Shown here one piece after another: positions 9,043 to 15,995 of a stretch of 46,284 nucleotides of DNA. Under the pieces are notes generated by a model that ran no database searches, had not been told where the DNA came from, and was given only the letters and a program-made list of their open reading frames with translations. The translations under genes and the position numbers were made by a program. The DNA is from a virus (taxonomy: Duplodnaviria; Caudoviricetes): IMG/VR virus record IMGVR_UViG_3300048851_000207, positions 1 through 46,284 of that record; one strand, 5' to 3'. Numbering within the stretch: the stretch's first letter is position 1; each line of letters opens with the position of its first letter.

Positions 9043-9317
9043 GCAAGTTCATCAAGCTTTCCGGCTACGAACTGCCTGCCAAGGGCGAACACTACAAGAT
9101 CGTACCTGTGTGGGTGAACGTCGAGCTTATCGCGCATATGACGACATTCTCTGCCGTTATGTTCCGTGAGGAAAATGGGCGATACGCAGAAGAACGTATC
9201 CCCGCAACGTCAATCGCATTCGCGGCGGCGTTTGCCGATGAAATTGTCGGTGTTTCCGTATTGGAAACTCCTGACGCCATCATCGAAGCGATCGGCAAGT
9301 TGAGCGTCCACCAATGA
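9039..9317 (+). CDS. Hypothetical protein
   Basis: ATGA-coupled to both neighbours. Confidence 0.7.
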   Translation: MSKFIKLSGYELPAKGEHYKIVPVWVNVELIAHMTTFSAVMFREENGRYAEERIPATSIAFAAAFADEIVGVSVLETPDAIIEAIGKLSVHQ

Positions 9318-9532
9318 CACTCGACGATCTCATCAGGGAAACCGCCTCACAGGGCGGTTTCCGGCTCAACGTCTGGCCGGCCGCAGACGGCTACCAGGCC
9401 AATTTCTCGCGCGACGGCAATAGCTGGAGCGTCCAGACCCGGCCCGACGTCGTAGAGGCGATCCGGGCGGCTATTGAGCCACGTCCAGTCCAAGCACCAC
9501 AGCCGATCAGCACGGGCAGCATTTTCGACTAA
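9314..9532 (+). CDS. Hypothetical protein ending GSIFD
   Basis: ATGA-coupled ORF in the early/middle operon. Confidence 0.7.
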   Translation: MTLDDLIRETASQGGFRLNVWPAADGYQANFSRDGNSWSVQTRPDVVEAIRAAIEPRPVQAPQPISTGSIFD

Positions 9533-9572
9533 TCGCGCGTCTGATTTCACGATCGACACAGGAGACATTCGC

Positions 9573-9686
9573 ATGAAGCGCGGGACTAACTTTGTCGAAG
9601 CGGCGGCCTTCCTGGTTCCGCTTTCATTCGTCGTCTGGGGGTTCGTCGCTCTCGCCGCTGCGGTTTTGCGGGGATGCGGACAATGA
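9573..9686 (+). CDS. Small single-TM protein (37 aa)
   Basis: AGGAG upstream of ATG 9573; MKRGTNFVEAAAFLVPLSFVVWGFVALAAAVLRGCGQ; ATGA overlap with the next gene. Confidence 0.55.
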   Translation: MKRGTNFVEAAAFLVPLSFVVWGFVALAAAVLRGCGQ

Positions 9687-10222
9687 GCGAGGAACGCTGG
9701 CTTCCTGTAGTTGGGTTCGAAGGTTTATACGAAGTTTCGGATCTGGGCCGGGTCCGTTCAGTTGACCGCTACGTTGATCTGATCGGCCGGTGGGGAACGA
9801 AAGAGCGCCGGTTCTATAGGGGTAAAATAAGGGCTTTCTGTTCCGGCGGAAGCAGCGACTATCTTATGGTCGTTCTATCGCGGAACAGTCACAAGACAAC
9901 ATTCACTGTCCACACCTTGGTTCTAGCCGCTTTTCTCGGTCCCTGTCCCGCAGGCATGGAAGGTCGTCACCTGAATTGCGACGCTCACGATAACCGTGCC
10001 GAAAACCTTGATTACGGCACGCGCTCCGTGAACCGAGAAGATAGCCGAATTGCCGGCACGCTCGCTGTCGGCGAACGGATAGCACAACACAAACTTACCG
10101 AAACTGAAGTCCTGCGAATACGAACGCTCCCCGGCCGTCACGATGATATCGCGGCGGCTTTCGGCGTGAGCCGCACGCAAATCAGCCGTATCAAACGGAA
10201 AGAGAACTGGCGTCATGTCTGA
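9683..10222 (+). CDS. NUMOD4-HNH homing endonuclease
   Basis: ERWLPVVGFEGLYEVSDLGRVRS (NUMOD4) plus VHTLVLAAFLGPCP...RHLNCDAHDNRAENL (HNH). Confidence 0.92.
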   Translation: MSEERWLPVVGFEGLYEVSDLGRVRSVDRYVDLIGRWGTKERRFYRGKIRAFCSGGSSDYLMVVLSRNSHKTTFTVHTLVLAAFLGPCPAGMEGRHLNCDAHDNRAENLDYGTRSVNREDSRIAGTLAVGERIAQHKLTETEVLRIRTLPGRHDDIAAAFGVSRTQISRIKRKENWRHV

Positions 10223-12449
10223 GGCGAGAATTGACTTCGAAACGCGTTCTGATGTCGATCTGAAGAAATGCGGGACCGGACCTTACTTTGCATCACCACA
10301 TTTTCGTGCGCTGGGCGCCAGCTACCGGATCGATGATGGGCTGCTGCGCGACTGGGAGCACGGCCAACCTTGCCCTGACGATCTACGTGAGCATATCGAA
10401 AGCGGCGGCTATATTCGCGCGTTCAACGCCGCTTTTGAGCGGCAGTGCTTCCAGGAGCTGCACAAGCGACACGGCTGGCCGCTGCCCGCGATTGACCGCT
10501 ATCGCTGCACGGCGGCCGAAGCGGCGGCCATGACATTGCCCCGCAGCCTGGACGGCGTCGGCGAGGCGCTAGGGCTAGAGATCCGCAAAGACAAAGAGGG
10601 CGCGCGCCTTATCCGCAAGTTTTCTATCCCACGCCGTCCGCGCAAGGACGAAGACCCTGACGGCGTTTACTGGAACGAACCGGAAGACCACCCCGAAGAT
10701 TACGCCCTGTTCATCAAGTACCGCCAGCAAGACGTACTGACAGAAGAAGCCGCCGCGCGCCGTATCCTGCCGCTCTCCGACGCGGAACAGGCCGTCTACA
10801 CGCTGAACGAAATCATCAACTCGCGCGGGATCCGCATCGATCGCCGTAGCGCAGTTGCAGCGCTACGACTGGCCGACAAGGCAAAAAAGGTTCTTGATCG
10901 AGAAATTAAGGTCGCCACCAACGGCTATGTAACGGCCTGCAGCCAGGCGACACGTTTGGTCGAATGGGTTCAAAACCAGGGCGTCGTTCTGGACAGCGCC
11001 GGCAAGGCCGAAATAACCGATCTGCTGGAATTCGATGATATACCCGACAACGTCCGGAAAGCCCTCGAGCTGCGCCAAGAGGCCGCCAAGACGTCTGTCG
11101 CGAAACTGCAAGCCATGCTGAACCGCGCAAGCGAGGACGGCCGCGTCCGCGGGACTTCTATGTATCATGGCGCCGGCACGGGTCGTTTCCAGAGCACGGG
11201 CGTGAACACGTCGAACCTGCCGCGTCCGCGTCGCGAATATGACGATGCGAAGCCGCGTACAGACGTCCTATTCGAAGCTTTCCGGCAGGAAGAACCGGAG
11301 CTGTTGCAGTTCCTGTACGGCCCGATGCTGGGCCGCCCGCTGCATTTGGTATCCGACGCGATCCGCGGCTTCATCTGGGCCGCGCCCGGTCACGATCTGA
11401 TGCAGGCCGATTATTCGGGTATCGAAGGCGCGGTCATTGCTTGGACAGCCGGCGAGGACTGGAAGGTTCAGGCGCTGTTCGACATCATCGCCGACCCGTC
11501 GCTGCCCGACATGTATCGCCGCACCGCAGCTGACATTCTCAACCTGACAACTGAGGTCGTAACGAAAAAACACTGGGCGCGACAAGCCGTAGGCAAAGTT
11601 TCAGAACTCAGCATGGGTTTCGGTGGAGGTGTGCCGGCCTTCTATTCCATGTCCCGAAACTACAACGTCAAACTGGATCCGCTCTATGCGCCGGTCTGGG
11701 AGAATACCGGCGAAGAACGCCGCGAGAAGGCAGTGAAGCGCTACGAGGGCCAAGCGAAGCGCGGATTGAGCGCGACGGCTGTTCTATCGCGTGAGGCGTG
11801 GCTGGCATGCGAGATCATCAAGCTTGGCTGGCGCGCTTCCAATCCGGCGATCGCCCAATCCTGGAAAGATCTGGAAACGGCAGTCCGCGAGGCTGTCGAA
11901 ACTCCAGGATCGATCACCCGCGCGGCCAAGGTCGACTATATCGTCAAGCATGGCTTCCTGCTGGCGCGTCTGCCGTCCGGCCGCTGCCTGACTTATGCGT
12001 CGCCGCGCCTGAAGGATCAGGTCTGGGCCAAGGTCAAGCTGTCGGACGGGACATGGTCGGATAGCGAGGTCATGGATCGGGATGCTGCCGAACGTGGCGA
12101 GCGTTTGGGCGTCATCAAGATCGAAGGCAAGACGTCGGCCAAGGTGACGTTTCTGGGCGTCAACGGCAAGACAAAGCGCTGGGAACGCTCCGGGCTATAC
12201 GGCGGGCTGATAGCCGAGAACAACACGCAGGCCATTGCTCGCGACCTGTTGGTGAACGGGATGCTGAAGGCGGAGGCCGCCGGCTATCCGATTATTGCGA
12301 CCGTTTACGACGAAATCATCACCGAAGTTCCGCGCGGCTTCGGATCGGTCGGCACGTTCGAAAAGCTGATCTGTGAGCTGCCGGCATGGGCGAATGGAAT
12401 GCCACTTACTGCCGGCGGCTGGAGAGGGAAACGCTACCGCAAGGATTGA
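10215..12449 (+). CDS. Family A DNA polymerase with 3'-5' exonuclease domain
   Basis: IDFETRS (Exo I), FNAAFER (Exo II), YHGAGTGRF, motif A ADYSGIE, motif B RQAVGKVSELSMGFG, motif C TVYDE. Confidence 0.93.
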   Translation: MSEARIDFETRSDVDLKKCGTGPYFASPHFRALGASYRIDDGLLRDWEHGQPCPDDLREHIESGGYIRAFNAAFERQCFQELHKRHGWPLPAIDRYRCTAAEAAAMTLPRSLDGVGEALGLEIRKDKEGARLIRKFSIPRRPRKDEDPDGVYWNEPEDHPEDYALFIKYRQQDVLTEEAAARRILPLSDAEQAVYTLNEIINSRGIRIDRRSAVAALRLADKAKKVLDREIKVATNGYVTACSQATRLVEWVQNQGVVLDSAGKAEITDLLEFDDIPDNVRKALELRQEAAKTSVAKLQAMLNRASEDGRVRGTSMYHGAGTGRFQSTGVNTSNLPRPRREYDDAKPRTDVLFEAFRQEEPELLQFLYGPMLGRPLHLVSDAIRGFIWAAPGHDLMQADYSGIEGAVIAWTAGEDWKVQALFDIIADPSLPDMYRRTAADILNLTTEVVTKKHWARQAVGKVSELSMGFGGGVPAFYSMSRNYNVKLDPLYAPVWENTGEERREKAVKRYEGQAKRGLSATAVLSREAWLACEIIKLGWRASNPAIAQSWKDLETAVREAVETPGSITRAAKVDYIVKHGFLLARLPSGRCLTYASPRLKDQVWAKVKLSDGTWSDSEVMDRDAAERGERLGVIKIEGKTSAKVTFLGVNGKTKRWERSGLYGGLIAENNTQAIARDLLVNGMLKAEAAGYPIIATVYDEIITEVPRGFGSVGTFEKLICELPAWANGMPLTAGGWRGKRYRKD

Positions 12450-12784
12450 TCAGGCTGGGCGTATAGCTCAATCTGTCCCGGCCAATTGAGATTGACGAAA
12501 GAGACTTCCGCGCCTAGCGGAAGTCGTTCCGCCTTCCCCTCAATTACACTGCGGTAAGCACCGGATAAAAAAGCGACGGGCTTTTGCGTCCCGCACGCGG
12601 CGCGTCGGTTCCACGCAGCAGATGCTTCCTCTGGCGTGTCACAGTACGGGCCTTCGCAACCACATTTGCCGCGCACGTTATCGCAAACAATCCAATAAGC
12701 GCCCAGTCCATTGCTATCGTGATCCTTGGTTGCGGGCTCGCCGCAGAACGGGCAAGGCAGAAGCTTTTCTGTCGTATCGGCCAT
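12434..12784 (-). CDS. Lar-family restriction alleviation protein (zinc ribbon)
   Basis: LLPCPFCG...WIVCD...CGCEGP...EEASAAWNRR is the Lar/Ral-like signature. Confidence 0.85.
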   Translation of the reverse strand: MADTTEKLLPCPFCGEPATKDHDSNGLGAYWIVCDNVRGKCGCEGPYCDTPEEASAAWNRRAACGTQKPVAFLSGAYRSVIEGKAERLPLGAEVSFVNLNWPGQIELYAQPDQSLR

Positions 12785-12789
12785 ATAGT

Positions 12790-12870
12790 TTTCCTCTTGT
12801 CGGTTGCTGTAGGTTATGCTTTACAAGACGTAATACAGATGTCATACATAACCGACAGCCGTCAACCCCG
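12790..12870. promoter_or_regulatory. Divergent promoter/operator region between lar and the RHH gene
   Basis: TGTAGGTTATG (12808) / CATAACCGACA (12847) inverted repeat, TGTCGGTT (12798), TGTCATACA (12840), and TTGACG on the minus strand at 12860-12865. Confidence 0.6.
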
Positions 12871-12879
12871 GAGAAAGAA

Positions 12880-13128
12880 GTGACACGAAAAAAGAGAAAG
12901 CAAGCCGCGCAGCCCCGCGCAGAGCAGACCCGGCCGACGATCTCGCTGCGTCTCAGCCGGCCGATGCTGGCGATCGTCGACGGCACGGCGCGACGTCTGG
13001 GCGTCGACCGCACCGGCCTGATCTCGCTGGTGCTGGTCGAATATCTGCAGGAACGCGGCGAAGACGGCATCGCGGCGCTGGCAGCAAAGGGGGCTCGCGA
13101 TGACCGAACCATCGATCTCTTTGCCTGA
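12880..13128 (+). CDS. Ribbon-helix-helix (CopG-like) regulator, start corrected to GTG 12880
   Basis: TISLRLSRPMLAIVDGTARRLGVDRTGLISLVLVEYL is an RHH pattern; GGAG upstream. Confidence 0.75.
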   Translation: MTRKKRKQAAQPRAEQTRPTISLRLSRPMLAIVDGTARRLGVDRTGLISLVLVEYLQERGEDGIAALAAKGARDDRTIDLFA

Positions 13129-13348
13129 ACGCTTCGACGCCCTGCGCGCCGAACACCCCGACCTGATCATCAATCTCTACGCCATGACGCCGCGTGGCGT
13201 CGTCACGCTGGAGATCATCACCCCGGACGGCCAGAACTACAGCTGGACGGCAGAGACTGCCGCGGCGGCCTATGCGCTGGCCTTTCCCGAAAACGCTGTC
13301 GTCGCCGCGCCTGTGATGGCGGAAATGGCGACCGACATATTCGACTGA
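13100..13348 (+). CDS. Hypothetical protein ending TDIFD
   Basis: GGGGG upstream of ATG; codon usage like flanking phage genes. Confidence 0.7.
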   Translation: MTEPSISLPERFDALRAEHPDLIINLYAMTPRGVVTLEIITPDGQNYSWTAETAAAAYALAFPENAVVAAPVMAEMATDIFD

Positions 13349-13626
13349 ACTCCAATCCAACCGACAAGGATATTCCCCGATGCTCAAGGTCACTACTCAC
13401 GATTTGAAAACAGTCGATCGCTATTATGATGCTGTAGCGGATGGCCGAAAGACATTCGAAGTCCGTCTTAACGATCGGGCTTTCCAGACGGGCGACATCG
13501 TCCGGCTGCGGAAGATCAATGAAGTGATTGCTGCTCGCCTTACGGGACGCCGCGACCGCGATGGTTGAAATGTCGACCGACATATTCGACTACACCGCAT
13601 TTCAACCGACAAGGATTATCCCGATG
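13322..13626 (+). repeat. Pair of ~60-bp imperfect direct repeats (13322-13382 and 13567-13626)
   Basis: GAAATG(g/t)CGACCGACATATTCGACT...CAACCGACAAGGAT...CCCGATG occurs in both copies; each ends at a start codon. Confidence 0.85.
13380..13568 (+). CDS. DUF3850/ASCH-like domain protein, probably C-terminally truncated
   Basis: HDLKT...YYDAVADGRKTFEVRLNDRAFQTGDIVRLRKI is the DUF3850 N-terminal signature; ORF ends where repeat copy 2 begins. Confidence 0.7.
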   Translation: MLKVTTHDLKTVDRYYDAVADGRKTFEVRLNDRAFQTGDIVRLRKINEVIAARLTGRRDRDG

Positions 13627-13848
13627 CAAGGCAGATGGAAAGCTACTATCCAGTGCTGGGCTTATAGCACCGGCAAGGGTGCTGACGTTGATCAAAAGAA
13701 TGCCGGCGACCGCGAGCGGGTCGTTGATCTCGGTCATTGCGCCGACATCAACGAAGCAATGGGAAAAGCAACACTGTTTCGACGCGGCATGGAGACAAGC
13801 CCACACGTCTGGCAAGCGCCGATCATAAAGCTGGAGGTGGAGCGATGA
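13624..13848 (+). CDS. Hypothetical protein (MQGRWKATIQ...)
   Basis: AAGGA RBS in repeat copy 2; ATGA-coupled to the next gene. Confidence 0.65.
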   Translation: MQGRWKATIQCWAYSTGKGADVDQKNAGDRERVVDLGHCADINEAMGKATLFRRGMETSPHVWQAPIIKLEVER

Positions 13849-14135
13849 CCCATTGCACCGCCCAAGCATTCGGCGGTTGCAACTGCCGGGCCGGATGCCA
13901 ATCCGCTGCCGTCCGCATGGAACAGGACCGGCAGAAACGGCTCGCCATCTTCACCGCCCGCAACCGGACACTTCAAAACGCCGTCTACGGACTTTCGATC
14001 TCGTTCGTGCTGTCCGTCGGCCTGTTGTGGGCGGCGGTATCGGCCGAGCGCAGCATGCACGACGAAGACAAGCGCAACCAGGAAATTTCCAACCAGTACG
14101 CCCGCGTGCTGGCGAAACAGGAGCAGCGCCGATGA
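13845..14135 (+). CDS. Hypothetical membrane protein with Cys-rich N-terminus
   Basis: GGAGG upstream; MTHCTAQAFGGCNCRAGC plus one TM segment (VYGLSISFVLSVGLLWAAVSA). Confidence 0.65.
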   Translation: MTHCTAQAFGGCNCRAGCQSAAVRMEQDRQKRLAIFTARNRTLQNAVYGLSISFVLSVGLLWAAVSAERSMHDEDKRNQEISNQYARVLAKQEQRR

Positions 14136-14269
14136 TGTACCCGTTCTTCACCCCGGCCATCCTGATCGGGCTTCCGATTGCTCTTGGCCTGGCCGCGCTG
14201 CTGTTCGGTGGCGCTCTTATCAATCTCGCCGACCGCATGGCGGCATTGCACAAGGATGACGAAGTATGA
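14132..14269 (+). CDS. Small single-TM protein
   Basis: AGGAG upstream; MMYPFFTPAILIGLPIALGLAALLFGGALINLADR; ATGA overlaps on both sides. Confidence 0.6.
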   Translation: MMYPFFTPAILIGLPIALGLAALLFGGALINLADRMAALHKDDEV

Positions 14270-14547
14270 CCGATAAACCTATTGCACATACTTTCCACAT
14301 CGATCCGGTATCGGGGGAGAGCATTCGGGACGAGGTGGAGGGGTGGCCTAACGAAGCCGCAATGCGGGTTATAAACCCGGACCAATGGGAGCCTTGTTCT
14401 CCTGAGTGGCTTGAGAAAGGTGGTGACTGCCACTGCGCTCCTCGTGTCTGGAATGCGGCGGATAAAAACCACTGGCACCCGAAGATAAATTCAGACCTCG
14501 CAGCGGAGGACAGGCAGAATGAGGATCGCGCAGCTCACAAACGGTAA
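14266..14547 (+). CDS. Hypothetical protein
   Basis: ATGA-coupled ORF. Confidence 0.6.
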   Translation: MTDKPIAHTFHIDPVSGESIRDEVEGWPNEAAMRVINPDQWEPCSPEWLEKGGDCHCAPRVWNAADKNHWHPKINSDLAAEDRQNEDRAAHKR

Positions 14548-14710
14548 GTGGGTCATCCATCACGGCGGGCAGATCATCGACAAAGTCTTCGATACCGAGC
14601 GCGAGGCCGACAGCTGGGCTGATGAGTGGATCGATGACCAAGTCTTCGACAGCCCAAATACGCTCGCCCCTCCGCTCTTCTACATGCCTCAGAAGGGGGA
14701 TCTGCAATGA
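14519..14710 (+). CDS. Hypothetical protein
   Basis: GGAGG upstream; coupled to the next ORF. Confidence 0.6.
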   Translation: MRIAQLTNGKWVIHHGGQIIDKVFDTEREADSWADEWIDDQVFDSPNTLAPPLFYMPQKGDLQ

Positions 14711-14955
14711 CCGAAATCACAGTGACAGTTTCCGGACCTGTAGGCTGCGGCAAGTCGGCAATCGCCGGCGAGATCGAAATCGCCCTTCGCGCTGTCGGCG
14801 TGCCGGTTCGGTTCGCTGACGAGAAGGAAATGCGTTCCGAGAAGAACATGACCGGAGCGGATTGGACTGGCTACCTCGAAATGTACAAGCCGAGCGTCGT
14901 CATCATCGAGCAGATCAACCCACCGCCCGCAACGAGGGAGCGGGGGAGCTCCTGA
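14707..14955 (+). CDS. Hypothetical protein with an isolated P-loop-like N-terminus
   Basis: VTVSGPVGCGKSAIA is Walker A-like, in an 82-aa ORF. Confidence 0.6.
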   Translation: MTEITVTVSGPVGCGKSAIAGEIEIALRAVGVPVRFADEKEMRSEKNMTGADWTGYLEMYKPSVVIIEQINPPPATRERGSS

Positions 14956-15227
14956 TGGTCGTACAGCTCAAAGCCGTCAGCGCCCGCGCTGCCGCCAGCG
15001 GGTTCCAGCCAAAGACCGTTCGCACTTCCAGCACGATATTGCGCGCGTTGTTCGAAGAAATTGAGCGACGCAACATATCGCAGATGTCCGTCGCAGCCGT
15101 TACGGGTCGGACAGCCGGATCGGTCACGCACTGGAAGGCTGGCCGTGCTACGCCTGACATCGTCACCGTCGAGATCCTGGCGAACGTGCTGGGCTACCGG
15201 CTGGTGCTTGAACGGATCGACGTATGA
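14955..15227 (+). CDS. XRE-family HTH protein
   Basis: ISQMSVAAVTGRTAGSVTHWKAGRATPDIVTVEILANVLGYRL; start ATG 14955 overlaps the previous stop. Confidence 0.8.
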   Translation: MVVQLKAVSARAAASGFQPKTVRTSSTILRALFEEIERRNISQMSVAAVTGRTAGSVTHWKAGRATPDIVTVEILANVLGYRLVLERIDV

Positions 15228-15283
15228 AATAGCTGGCGACAGCAACAGACAATAGTCTACATTGCCCGGCACTCATGAAATGA

Positions 15284-15317
15284 GAAACGGCGCGCCCAAG
15301 GATAGACGCGCCGTTTC
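15284..15317. terminator. Intergenic stem-loop
   Basis: GAAACGGCGCG-N12-CGCGCCGTTTC perfect 11-bp stem. Confidence 0.5.
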
Positions 15318-15437
15318 CATCCAACCGACAAGCCAGATACTCCGTGAAGGGGAGCGCAATATGAATAGCCGACAAGACGACTTGACACAAGGGATAGTGT
15401 CTGAATTTAAGACCGACACTCCAAAAAGGCATACAGC

Positions 15438-15995
15438 ATGAAGCCCGTCATGCTGACACTGTTCGCAGATGCATCCTTCTGCCCGAAGACAGGCGCCGCC
15501 GGTTGGGGCGCATGGGCCAAGCGTGACGGCTGGATGAACGGCCGGTTCTACGGCGGTCCGATGCGTCGGCCTTTCAAGACATCGAACGCCGCCGAGATCT
15601 GCGGCATCGCTTCCGCTCTCCATGAGATCCATGCCGCCGGATCGCTCGATGACGTCGAGACAGTCATTATCCAGTGCGACAATGTCGTGGCGCTGGGCAT
15701 GATCCTGTCGCACGTCGCGCGATCCCGTTCAGCGTCGCGCAAGGGCGCCCGTGACGTCGACATACCGCTGGTGCGCTGGGCGAAGTGCGACGAGCTGGCC
15801 CGCAAAGCCATCAGCGCAATTCGCAGAACGACGCAGAGCAAGACCATCTGGTTACGCCACATACGAGGCCACGGGACCGACGACACGACGCGGTCATGGG
15901 TCAATGAGCAGTGCGACGCGGAAGCGAAGCGCCACATGAATTCTGTGCGTGACAGCCTGCGCGCGACAACCTTTTTCGAAGCGATCGAACAATGA
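15438..15995 (+). CDS. Ribonuclease HI-like protein
   Basis: FADAS...GWG, SNAAE, IQCDN, HIRGH and NEQCDAEAK contain the D-E-D-H-D RNase HI catalytic set. Confidence 0.85.
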   Translation: MKPVMLTLFADASFCPKTGAAGWGAWAKRDGWMNGRFYGGPMRRPFKTSNAAEICGIASALHEIHAAGSLDDVETVIIQCDNVVALGMILSHVARSRSASRKGARDVDIPLVRWAKCDELARKAISAIRRTTQSKTIWLRHIRGHGTDDTTRSWVNEQCDAEAKRHMNSVRDSLRATTFFEAIEQ

